A stretch of 33,131 nt of DNA, from the IMG/VR virus record IMGVR_UViG_3300017773_000067. One strand, written 5' to 3'. Every line of letters starts with the position of its first letter. Positions within the stretch are counted from its first letter, which is position 1. Below, piece after piece: positions 25,906 through 33,080 of this stretch. The stretch comes from a virus. The position numbers and the translations under genes were made by a program. Under the pieces are notes generated by a model. The model was given only the letters and a program-made list of their open reading frames with translations, searched no databases and had not been told where the DNA came from.

Positions 25906-26288
25906 TGGCAGGAAGATCAGCAAGAAACAAAGGTTTAAATGGTGAACGTGAACTTGTTAACATTCTTAAAGATCAACTTGGTGATGTTGTTCAAGAAATT
26001 AAACGAAACTTGGAACAGACTAGAACATCAGGTGCTGATATTTTAATTGAGAATTATGTTATTGAAGTTAAGAGACAAGAAAATATAAGTATTATAAAAT
26101 GGTATAAACAAGCTGCTGATAGTTGTAAGGCAGGGCAAATACCACTAGTAGCATTTAGAAGAAATGGAGGAAGATGGTATATAACTTTAGCATTAGAGGA
26201 TTGGATACCTCATATGCGAGAGATGTTATCGCAAAAAAACCAATGCGATTCAGAAGAAAGGTTAGAGGGGCAAGAGGGTGGAGGATAA
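25905..26288 (+). CDS. PD-(D/E)xK nuclease, Hjc-like Holliday junction resolvase
   Basis: The layout NKGLNGERELVNIL...SGADILIENYVIEVKRQ follows the KGxxxERxL...D...EVK pattern of archaeal-type resolvases. Confidence 0.6.
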   Translation: MAGRSARNKGLNGERELVNILKDQLGDVVQEIKRNLEQTRTSGADILIENYVIEVKRQENISIIKWYKQAADSCKAGQIPLVAFRRNGGRWYITLALEDWIPHMREMLSQKNQCDSEERLEGQEGGG

Positions 26289-26466
26289 AGGGCTTCACAG
26301 ACGAAGAATATTGCTATTGCCGTAAATTTTTGGGTTAAAGCCAAATTTACAGATCGTTATACGGGATACCTCACTTTAACAAGTATGTAATAAACTAATG
26401 ACGTAGTCCATTTTAGTGAATTTGCATCTTTGATAGTAATATTGCGTTTAAAAAAAAGGGAAAAAC

Positions 26467-26979
26467 ATGGAAAAGCTATTTAAAGAAATATGGAATATTT
26501 ATCCTAGAAAAGACAAAAAGAAAATTTCTTATTTAAAGTTTAAAAAAATGTTTTTAAAAATAAACTCTTTTTCAAAACAAAATAACATTTCAGTTTATAA
26601 AGTTTTTGAAAATTGGCTTTGGGCAGAGTTAAATAAAAAACAAATTTTAGATGAATTAGGAAAAATTATTCCTGAAAAAAAACAATTTATTCCTCATTTA
26701 GTAACAATGCTTAATCAGGAAAGGTGGGAAGATGAACCTTTTATTAATGCTTATGGCAAAGAGGTTAAAGGTTATTTTGATGCAAAAAATAATTTGTGGT
26801 TAAAAATTAGTTTAAAACCAAAAGTTATAGAATCTAAACTAGACAAAAAACAAATTGAAGCATATAAAAATACAGTTCCAATAACTGTTATCAATTTACA
26901 TAAAAAAAATATTGCAGAGGATAACAACCACGCTGAAAGTTCAAAACTATTTTTAGAAAAAAAAGGAATTAGTTTATGA
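26467..26979 (+). CDS. Hypothetical protein (170 aa), possibly replication-associated
   Basis: The N-terminal FKEIWNIYPRKDKKK resembles the FxxFWxxYPxK motif I recall at the start of proteins in phage replication modules. This is weak. It follows a 178-bp noncoding island. Confidence 0.55.
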   Translation: MEKLFKEIWNIYPRKDKKKISYLKFKKMFLKINSFSKQNNISVYKVFENWLWAELNKKQILDELGKIIPEKKQFIPHLVTMLNQERWEDEPFINAYGKEVKGYFDAKNNLWLKISLKPKVIESKLDKKQIEAYKNTVPITVINLHKKNIAEDNNHAESSKLFLEKKGISL

Positions 26980-27386
26980 ACCAGACATTTATTGTTAATA
27001 AATTATCTAAACCAAAAATTAAAGAAGCTGTAGATTTAGCTAATGATGATATGGTTGTCATTATTAAAAAACGAAATAGGACCACCGAGCAAAACGCTCT
27101 TTACTGGGCATTACTTACAGAAATTGCTGATTCTTCGTTTACTGTTGAAACAGAATTTAAAGGAAAAAAAGTAAAACAAAAGGTAAATAAATTGGATTTG
27201 CACAATACTTTTGCCCATTATTTTTTAGAGCCTGTAGAGATTAAAACATTTGATGGAAAAAATCATTTGGTTAGAAAATCAACAACAGAACTTACAACAA
27301 CAGAATTTGCAGATTACCTAGAACAAATATATAATTTTTGTAGCCAAAACAAAGATTTGCAATTTATTAATGATAAACAAATATAG
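26976..27386 (+). CDS. ninB: NinB/Orf-family recombination mediator
   Basis: VIIKKRNRTTEQNALYWALLTEIAD aligns with lambda NinB VTIQERNRSLDQNRKLWACLGDVS. STTELTTTEFADYLEQIYNF aligns with STSRMRVGEFAELLELIQAF. Confidence 0.8.
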   Translation: MNQTFIVNKLSKPKIKEAVDLANDDMVVIIKKRNRTTEQNALYWALLTEIADSSFTVETEFKGKKVKQKVNKLDLHNTFAHYFLEPVEIKTFDGKNHLVRKSTTELTTTEFADYLEQIYNFCSQNKDLQFINDKQI

Positions 27387-27669
27387 AAATAAAAAATTAT
27401 TAAAGTTAGCTAACAAATGTCCATATTGTATGGCGTGTGGTGCAGATAACAATAATGATATTGTTGCAGCACATTTAAATTTTGACAAATCAAAAGGAAT
27501 GGGAACAAAATGCCATGATTATTTAATTGCTTATTTGTGTTGGAAATGCCATTTGTTAATTGATGAGGGTTATAGTTTAACGCCAGAAGATAAAAAAGAA
27601 TTAAGTCAAAGAGCATTTTTAAAAACCTTAAACTGGTTGTTTACAGAAAATCATTTGACGGTAAAATGA
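27370..27669 (+). CDS. YbcO/DUF1364-family putative nuclease
   Basis: CPYCMACGADNNNDIVAAHLNF..GMGTKCHDYLIAYLCWKCHLLIDEG parallels E. coli DLP12 YbcO (CQVRIPGVCNGNPETSVLAHIR..GTGTKPPDLIATIACSACHDEIDRR), including the Cys/His ligands. Confidence 0.7.
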   Translation: MINKYRNKKLLKLANKCPYCMACGADNNNDIVAAHLNFDKSKGMGTKCHDYLIAYLCWKCHLLIDEGYSLTPEDKKELSQRAFLKTLNWLFTENHLTVK

Positions 27670-28013
27670 ACATTGAATTTAGATTATTTAATTGGGCAAT
27701 TTATTATTCAATGCTTGATGATGGAAGACCAATCGTTAAAAAACATTGTGGAAGTGCAGAGCATAATTTTAAAGGTGAGGTTGGTGAAGTTTTTGATGAT
27801 GAAGATAAGTTTATCGAGCCAGATAAATTTGATGCAGAAAAACTAGAAAAAAAAATTATTAAATTAAAAAAAAAAGATAGGAGGTTAATTAAATTCAAAT
27901 ACATTTTGTTTCCACAACATTCAGATAATTTTGTTGCTAATAAATTAAGAATTTCTGAAGAAAAATTTAAAAATGATTTAAGGTCTATTAAATATCAACT
28001 AGAGAGGAAATGA
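27666..28013 (+). CDS. Hypothetical protein, candidate late-gene regulator (sigma region-4/Q-like C-terminus)
   Basis: The C-terminal KKDRRLIKFKYILFPQHSDNFVANKLRISEEKFKNDLRSIKYQL resembles a sigma70 region-4-type HTH. Its position after ninB/ybcO mirrors Q in lambdoid nin regions. Confidence 0.3.
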   Translation: MNIEFRLFNWAIYYSMLDDGRPIVKKHCGSAEHNFKGEVGEVFDDEDKFIEPDKFDAEKLEKKIIKLKKKDRRLIKFKYILFPQHSDNFVANKLRISEEKFKNDLRSIKYQLERK

Positions 28014-28016
28014 AAA

Positions 28017-28328
28017 TTGGATAAAGTTTTAAAAATTTACGAGAAATTAAATTTAAAAGAAAAAATTGAATTAATGAATTTATTACTTCATAGCGACTGT
28101 TTTGTTTTTTTGCAAAGTGATTTGAGGCAGATCGGCTTTGAAAATAATCCATGCGAACTATCTTTTTTTGCAACGCAAAATGGAACTAAAATTCAAGTAA
28201 CAATTGACATGGATACTTTAAATTGCACAGCAGTTCCAAACCAACACATTAAAAAAATTGATGATATTAAAGCTAACACTTTTTGCATTCCCACAACTGA
28301 CAAAGGAAAAAAATGGAAGATAAATTAA
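28017..28328 (+). CDS. Hypothetical small protein (103 aa), TTG start
   Basis: ORF in the operon. No motif recognised. Confidence 0.5.
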   Translation: MDKVLKIYEKLNLKEKIELMNLLLHSDCFVFLQSDLRQIGFENNPCELSFFATQNGTKIQVTIDMDTLNCTAVPNQHIKKIDDIKANTFCIPTTDKGKKWKIN

Positions 28329-28582
28329 AAATTGATACAGCAACAAATGATTCGTTAAATATTTTTTTTAATGATAAAGAAGAAGATGAAAAATTAAAAA
28401 AAATTAAAGATGCTATTAAAAATGCAGCCGAACAGATGAACCCAGAATTTCCTGTGGTTATTTGTTTTGTGGACAAAGAAAGCAATTATAGGTTTATCTC
28501 AACCGATAACAATAAAGCAAATATCCATGAATTGCTAAATATTACTCAATTTAGTTTATTGGAACAATATAAAAAACGTTAA
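28313..28582 (+). CDS. Hypothetical small protein (89 aa)
   Basis: ORF overlapping the previous one by 16 nt. No motif recognised. Confidence 0.55.
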   Translation: MEDKLKIDTATNDSLNIFFNDKEEDEKLKKIKDAIKNAAEQMNPEFPVVICFVDKESNYRFISTDNNKANIHELLNITQFSLLEQYKKR

Positions 28583-28597
28583 ATAAGTAATTAGCTA

Positions 28598-28626
28598 TTT
28601 ACATTTATATTATTATTCTTTATAAT
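28598..28626 (+). promoter_or_regulatory. Near-consensus sigma70-like promoter (TTTACA-17 nt-TATAAT)
   Basis: TTTACA at 28598-28603, an exactly 17-nt spacer, and TATAAT at 28621-28626. It lies in a 75-bp gap, with AAGGAAAAAAAATG at the next gene. Confidence 0.6.
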
Positions 28627-28657
28627 ATCTATAAGGTCGTAAAAACAAGGAAAAAAA

Positions 28658-28894
28658 ATGGTTGAAAAAGAACTTAAATTCACATTATCTCAATTTGGTC
28701 TGGCTTATCTTTTAGGATTTATTAAAGATAAAGTTGGTGCCGATCAAAGGTTTGAGAATTGGGAGGCAATCATTGAGGATCAAATTAAACACCCTGATTC
28801 CGTGTTTTGTATACCTTCAGATGTTTCAAAGTCTGGGCGCATAGAGACAATTTCTGTGCCTGTTGAATATTTTAATGTAGAGGAGGTAGTGTAA
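28658..28894 (+). CDS. Hypothetical small protein (78 aa)
   Basis: First ORF after the promoter, with a purine-rich leader. No motif recognised. Confidence 0.65.
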   Translation: MVEKELKFTLSQFGLAYLLGFIKDKVGADQRFENWEAIIEDQIKHPDSVFCIPSDVSKSGRIETISVPVEYFNVEEVV

Positions 28895-29259
28895 TGAGTG
28901 CTGAAATTGTTGATGATTTGACGTTGGAATTTCCGAAAGAAAATTTAAAAAAGTATAGTGAAAAGTCAGTAACTGCTGAAGTTGCTATTGCTGAAGAAAT
29001 AACTAATATCTGGACTAGAAAAACAATTTATTTGCCAAGTAGTTTAATTGAGAAATCTGGTGATGATGATTTGTCCGTGCCTATGTGGATAATTAACAAA
29101 TCAGCAATCCAAGCTGTTTATAACTGGGTTAGTAATTATGGCAAAAAGGGAATAGATCATTTATCTGGTAGTTACTATGAAGTTACTTTTGTCGATAGTA
29201 ATGACAAAATAACAGTTGGTGTTACTGTAGGTGATATACAGGCTTATTTAAAAAGGTAA
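28894..29259 (+). CDS. Hypothetical small protein (121 aa)
   Basis: TAATG-coupled to the upstream ORF. No motif recognised. Confidence 0.65.
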   Translation: MSAEIVDDLTLEFPKENLKKYSEKSVTAEVAIAEEITNIWTRKTIYLPSSLIEKSGDDDLSVPMWIINKSAIQAVYNWVSNYGKKGIDHLSGSYYEVTFVDSNDKITVGVTVGDIQAYLKR

Positions 29260-29270
29260 CTGCAGGATTT

Positions 29271-29522
29271 ATGTGGGAGAAACAAATGGTTATTTATACT
29301 GTAAATGCACTTTTAGGAACAGGTATCTTTGAAGCATTTCCATCTAAACGTGAAGCTGAAAAAGCCCAGAGAGAAATGGCAACCCCAGAACATAATTATC
29401 CATTGGATGTACCTCACGCTAATGGAATCCCTTTAACAATCAACAAACATAATATAAAAACAAAAAAGGATATGATCGAGTTGTTGAATTGGTGTAAGGG
29501 AGATGTTGATGGTTTATATTAA
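29271..29522 (+). CDS. Hypothetical small protein (83 aa; the start may be the internal ATG at 29286)
   Basis: ORF in the operon. No motif recognised. Confidence 0.6.
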   Translation: MWEKQMVIYTVNALLGTGIFEAFPSKREAEKAQREMATPEHNYPLDVPHANGIPLTINKHNIKTKKDMIELLNWCKGDVDGLY

Positions 29523-29560
29523 ATTTATGGATAATATTTAAAATAAAAAGGTAATGAATT

Positions 29561-29845
29561 ATGGAAGACTATATCGTTTATAGAAGAGTTACTGAAATTC
29601 AGGGTACTGTAATAAAAGCAAAAAGTATTGAAGATGCAAACAAGAAACTTGCAAAAATTAATGCTGACTTCAACAAAAATCCTTTGGATGCTCCACTAGA
29701 AAACAGCTTGGATTGTGACTTTGAGTTTATTACTTATTTAGATGACCAAACATATTTGCCAAAAAAAACTATACGAGTCGAAGATGCCAAAGAAGAATTA
29801 AGGCCATTTGGTCTTAAGCACAAACGATATAGAAAAAGAAAATAA
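29561..29845 (+). CDS. Hypothetical small protein (94 aa)
   Basis: ORF with AAAGGTAATGAATTATG upstream and a basic C-terminus. Confidence 0.6.
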   Translation: MEDYIVYRRVTEIQGTVIKAKSIEDANKKLAKINADFNKNPLDAPLENSLDCDFEFITYLDDQTYLPKKTIRVEDAKEELRPFGLKHKRYRKRK

Positions 29846-29881
29846 TTAATCTATCAATCATTAACAGGGGTAATAGAAAAA

Positions 29882-30295
29882 ATGACAACTTTAACTGATG
29901 AGGAAATTTTAGCGTTAAAAAAACCAAAAAATAGTTTAACTGAAAATGATCATGCTGTTATTGATGGGTTTTTAAATTATTTTTTACAAAACCTTGAGGT
30001 TTGGTTAGCAGTACAATCAATAACTAAGCAAATGGTTTTTAAAGGTGTTAAGAAAAGTGGCATTGTTGTAGTTTTTGGAAAAATCAGATATGACCACACC
30101 ATAAAAACAAAATCTGATAAATTTAAATTAAGTAATAATTATATGCCTTTTTACGCAAAGGCATTTGCTGAAAAATACCCAAATTTTGCTTTTATTTTTG
30201 ATTATAAAAAAAGTAGAGCAGAATGTGTTGATTATGATTTACTATTTAATTATTTATCTGAAAAAAATAATAATAAAAAGGAAAGTTATGTTTAA
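29882..30295 (+). CDS. Hypothetical protein (137 aa)
   Basis: ORF in the operon. No motif recognised. Confidence 0.65.
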   Translation: MTTLTDEEILALKKPKNSLTENDHAVIDGFLNYFLQNLEVWLAVQSITKQMVFKGVKKSGIVVVFGKIRYDHTIKTKSDKFKLSNNYMPFYAKAFAEKYPNFAFIFDYKKSRAECVDYDLLFNYLSEKNNNKKESYV

Positions 30296-30386
30296 ATTAA
30301 TTGTATGTACAACTTTAACTTTTTTTTGGTTAGACTATGTTTATATAGTTTATGGTTTAAATTTGGATTATTTTACAGGTTTATAA
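30288..30386 (+). CDS. Possible 32-aa membrane mini-protein
   Basis: MFKLIVCTTLTFFWLDYVYIVYGLNLDYFTGL. The ATG at 30288 overlaps the upstream stop (ATGTTTAA). The longer 30165 ORF-track version overlaps the preceding gene and is rejected. Confidence 0.3.
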   Translation: MFKLIVCTTLTFFWLDYVYIVYGLNLDYFTGL

Positions 30387-30412
30387 AAAAATAGTTGTAA
30401 TTAATTTTTTTT

Positions 30413-30523
30413 GGTGGTAAAGTGGAGGTGGGTTACTTTGTCCAGTCGCTAGTAACCTCCCTTTACACACCTCAGGGCAATCTCAGTTTACTTTCCTTGT
30501 TCTTTGATTGCCCACCCTTTTTT
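30413..30523 (+). promoter_or_regulatory. GC-rich structured noncoding element (candidate cis-regulatory leader, attenuator or ncRNA)
   Basis: Hairpin A is ggttact/agtaacc (30431-30437 / 30451-30457), extendable via G-U and two G-C pairs. Hairpin B is gggcaatc/gattgccc (30475-30482 / 30506-30513), followed by accc and T6 (30518-30523). An alternative pairing joins ggtggg (30427-30432) to cccacc (30511-30516). GAGG and then ATG 30537 follow. Confidence 0.4.
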
Positions 30524-30536
30524 GAGGAAAAAAATT

Positions 30537-30665
30537 ATGGCAGGAAGATCAAAAGGTGGTGCAACAGGAGGCAAGAAAAAAGGCAGTTCAGTTGCAAAAC
30601 CATCATCAATGGCTCAAAGAATGGCAAAACTCAGAAGCATGAAAAAGCAAAAAAAACGAGCATAG
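30537..30665 (+). CDS. Small highly basic protein (42 aa)
   Basis: Hand translation gives MAGRSKGGATGGKKKGSSVAKPSSMAQRMAKLRSMKKQKKRA. A GAGG lies 9 nt upstream, and the TAG stop directly abuts the next ATG. Confidence 0.5.
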   Translation: MAGRSKGGATGGKKKGSSVAKPSSMAQRMAKLRSMKKQKKRA

Positions 30666-31358
30666 ATGCCGTTTTTAACCTCTGCAATCCCATACTTTAA
30701 ATGTTGGGTACGCAAAGAATTTACTCATAATCACGAAAAATATACTGGAGAATTCATACATGGATTAGCCACAGCAGTTACTTGTATTCCTGATAGATCA
30801 TTAAGTTTTCAAATAATTTTTACAGGTTACGAGGTTGACGATAATAAAAAACCCAATGTTCATGGTGGTGCAATGTGGGCAAGAATGCCTATTCAAGCAC
30901 TAGTAGGAGATATACCTCTGGAAGAGTGGGCAGAAAGAATGCCTAGCCACTTAGTTCAACCTTGGGATTGTAGTAGCAGAACACATTGTGTATTTGAAAT
31001 ACCAAGAGCAAAACCATCTCCTTGGTTAGCAAAAATTGATGGTAATTTTTTTAAAGCAAAATATTTATTGAGTGTGGATTATTCAGACAGTTCAGTAGCT
31101 GATGATCCTGCACAGCATAAACAATCACATATTCTTGTTTTGACTGATGGGAAATGGAAAGGAAATATAGTGGCTTTGCCAAATAACAGGGTTAGGGTTT
31201 CATCTCCTGCATATTGGAATTTAGGAGAGGGTGCGCCAGATTTTAGACCAAGTCAACATATACATTGTGCCGAAGAGGATTATAGTTACTTAAATGCAGA
31301 ATATACATTCAATAATATCTACGTTGGAAAAACAAATGCTAAAAAGAAAAGAAGTTGA
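30666..31358 (+). CDS. Hypothetical protein (230 aa), compositionally atypical (Trp/His/Pro/Cys-rich, few Lys)
   Basis: Long ORF. I recognised no family. Confidence 0.75.
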   Translation: MPFLTSAIPYFKCWVRKEFTHNHEKYTGEFIHGLATAVTCIPDRSLSFQIIFTGYEVDDNKKPNVHGGAMWARMPIQALVGDIPLEEWAERMPSHLVQPWDCSSRTHCVFEIPRAKPSPWLAKIDGNFFKAKYLLSVDYSDSSVADDPAQHKQSHILVLTDGKWKGNIVALPNNRVRVSSPAYWNLGEGAPDFRPSQHIHCAEEDYSYLNAEYTFNNIYVGKTNAKKKRS

Positions 31359-31362
31359 ATCA

Positions 31363-31473
31363 ATGCAAGAATTTATCAATAGACCTAAACCCAAGCAAGG
31401 CAGGGCAATTGATAAAAAGGTTGAGTATGGTCCTAAATTAAGTATGAAAAATGGCAAAAAAACCAAAAAGTAA
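31363..31473 (+). CDS. Possible basic mini-protein (36 aa)
   Basis: Hand translation gives MQEFINRPKPKQGRAIDKKVEYGPKLSMKNGKKTKK. It fills most of the 184-nt gap. A second overlapping basic mini-ORF (31451..31546, 31 aa) is an alternative. Confidence 0.3.
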   Translation: MQEFINRPKPKQGRAIDKKVEYGPKLSMKNGKKTKK

Positions 31474-31542
31474 AGTTAATCAAGCAGGTAAACAGTTTGT
31501 TAAACAACCAAAAAAAATAGCAAAAAAAGTGAAAAAATTTAT

Positions 31543-32355
31543 TTGAGTGATCCATTTAAAATTATAGAACCAAGCGTTATTAGTTTTTCTGGTGGCAGAA
31601 CATCAGCCTATATGCTTTATCGGATATTGCAGTCAAACAAAAATACTTTGCCAGAAAATAGCGTTTGTGTTTTTGCAAATACAGGCAAAGAGATGGAGCA
31701 AACTTTGGAGTTTGTCAGGGATTGCTCTGAGCATTGGAAAGTTAAAATTTATTGGGTTGAGTATAGTTCAGACAATTTAGGTTATAAAAAAGTAAATTTT
31801 AAAAGTGCTAGTAGAAATGGTGAGCCTTTTGAGGCTTTGATAAAAAAAAGAAAATATATTCCAAATAAAATAATGAGAAATTGCACAATAGAGTTAAAAA
31901 TTAGACCAATACACAAATTAGTTAAAAAAGAACTTTGGCAAGGAAAAGGTTTATCTCACAATGAAAATATGGATTTGATGGGAATAAGAGCAGATGAAAT
32001 GAGAAGAGCAGCAAAAGTAGACAGAGAGAGAGTGCCTTTAGTAAATGCTGGGGTTACAAAACATCATGTTGCGAGTTTTTGGAAAAATAATTCTTTTGAT
32101 TTAAAGTTGCCAAACATTAATGGAGAAACAATTCATGGCAATTGTGATTTATGTTTTTTAAAAGCAAATGGGAAAATACAATCTTTAATTAGAGAAAAAC
32201 CAGAACGTGCAGATTGGTGGATTCAACAGGAAACATTTGTAAAGGATCAGTTCGACAGGTTTGGTATGAGTTACAAGAGAAGAAAAGAGGCAGCCATTAA
32301 TCAAACTGAAATGTTTGAGTTTGACGATTCAATACCTTGTTATTGTGGTGATTAA
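31543..32355 (+). CDS. PAPS-reductase-family PP-loop ATP pyrophosphatase (TTG start)
   Basis: A PP-loop SFSGGRTSAYM lies at residues 14-24. The C-terminus has Cys clusters (HGNCDLCFLK, IPCYCGD). TTG is the only plausible start upstream of the PP-loop, because an in-frame TAA lies at 31501. Confidence 0.8.
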   Translation: MSDPFKIIEPSVISFSGGRTSAYMLYRILQSNKNTLPENSVCVFANTGKEMEQTLEFVRDCSEHWKVKIYWVEYSSDNLGYKKVNFKSASRNGEPFEALIKKRKYIPNKIMRNCTIELKIRPIHKLVKKELWQGKGLSHNENMDLMGIRADEMRRAAKVDRERVPLVNAGVTKHHVASFWKNNSFDLKLPNINGETIHGNCDLCFLKANGKIQSLIREKPERADWWIQQETFVKDQFDRFGMSYKRRKEAAINQTEMFEFDDSIPCYCGD

Positions 32356-32607
32356 ATGGTTGCTAAAAAATATCAAAATCCTAAAGGTGGTTTAAACAAA
32401 AAAGGAAGAGAGTATTTTAAAAGAAAAACTGGTTCAAATCTAAAACCACCTGTAAGTGCAAAACAAGCTAAAAAATCCCCAAAAGCAGCAAGTCGCAGAA
32501 AATCATTTTGTGCTAGAATGGGGGGAATGAAAAAGCTAACTTCAAAAAAAACAGCAAATGATCCAAACAGCAGAATTAACAAGGCATTAAGAAAATGGGA
32601 TTGTTAA
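32356..32607 (+). CDS. Small basic protein (83 aa)
   Basis: The start abuts the upstream stop. Lys/Arg-rich with KSFCARMGGMKK. Family not identified with confidence. Confidence 0.65.
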   Translation: MVAKKYQNPKGGLNKKGREYFKRKTGSNLKPPVSAKQAKKSPKAASRRKSFCARMGGMKKLTSKKTANDPNSRINKALRKWDC

Positions 32608-32790
32608 ATGACAGCAGAACTTTGGCAACGATTTGAAGATATTAAGAATGATTTTGAAAAGTTAAGGTGTGGCAATCAAATGCACCCAACGGATAAAGAA
32701 TTAAATAAAGAATATGTTCTTAATCAAATGCGAGTGTATGCAAAATATTCAGGTCATTTAAATTGGAAAGTATTAAATAGGCTTCCATGA
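32608..32790 (+). CDS. Hypothetical small protein (60 aa), paralogue of the next ORF
   Basis: The N-terminus MTAELWQRFEDIKNDFEKLRCG parallels MTAEEWQKLELIKNNDCKWRLG of 32787..33080. Confidence 0.6.
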   Translation: MTAELWQRFEDIKNDFEKLRCGNQMHPTDKELNKEYVLNQMRVYAKYSGHLNWKVLNRLP

Positions 32791-33080
32791 TGACAGCAGA
32801 AGAGTGGCAAAAACTCGAACTGATAAAAAATAATGACTGTAAGTGGAGGTTAGGTTATAACACTAATAAAGAAGATGCAGGGTTAGAAGAAGCATTTTTA
32901 AAAGAAAGAAGGAAAAATTATAGGAATACTTATCTTTCGTATTTTTATCGGCAGGATCAAGAATTATATGAAAAAATAACACCTTATAAAATAAATACTT
33001 TTTTAAACAAAAGTTTAAAAACTTCGTATGAAAAATTAAAGATTCTTGAAAAAAAACTTATTAGTAATAAAATATGTTAG
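32787..33080 (+). CDS. Hypothetical small protein (97 aa), paralogue of the previous ORF; runs into the terminal repeat
   Basis: ATGA overlap with the previous ORF. The last 72 nt lie inside the 123-bp repeat. Confidence 0.6.
   Translation: MMTAEEWQKLELIKNNDCKWRLGYNTNKEDAGLEEAFLKERRKNYRNTYLSYFYRQDQELYEKITPYKINTFLNKSLKTSYEKLKILEKKLISNKIC

Noticed and set aside
25905-25919. 15-nt identity ATGGCAGGAAGATCA shared by the starts of 25905..26288 and 30537..30665 (both proteins begin MAGRS)
   Set aside because: A single 15-mer match within 33 kb is about what chance predicts, and similarity stops immediately afterwards. I do not treat it as a repeat or recombination site.
26289-26466. attP or tRNA-fragment interpretation of the two GC-richer noncoding islands (this one and 30387..30536)
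   Set aside because: No integrase or recombinase ORF exists in the complete genome, and neither island shows a T-loop (GTTCRAnnC) or acceptor-like sequence. The attP idea is therefore unsupported, and the islands are reported only as unexplained noncoding elements.
30165-30287. Long version of the 73-aa ORF overlapping 29882..30295
   Set aside because: The N-terminal 41 codons are an Ile/Leu/Lys-rich off-frame read of the preceding gene. Only the part from ATG 30288 is kept, and only as a low-confidence mini-ORF.
30422-30700. 92-aa ORF from the six-frame track (GTG start) across the GC-rich island
   Set aside because: It runs through the hairpin-forming noncoding element and overlaps two better-supported ORFs (30537..30665 with a GAGG SD, and 30666..31358). 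Its translation is low-complexity (FFDCPPFFEEKNYGRKIKRW...). It is most likely a by-product of the other frames.
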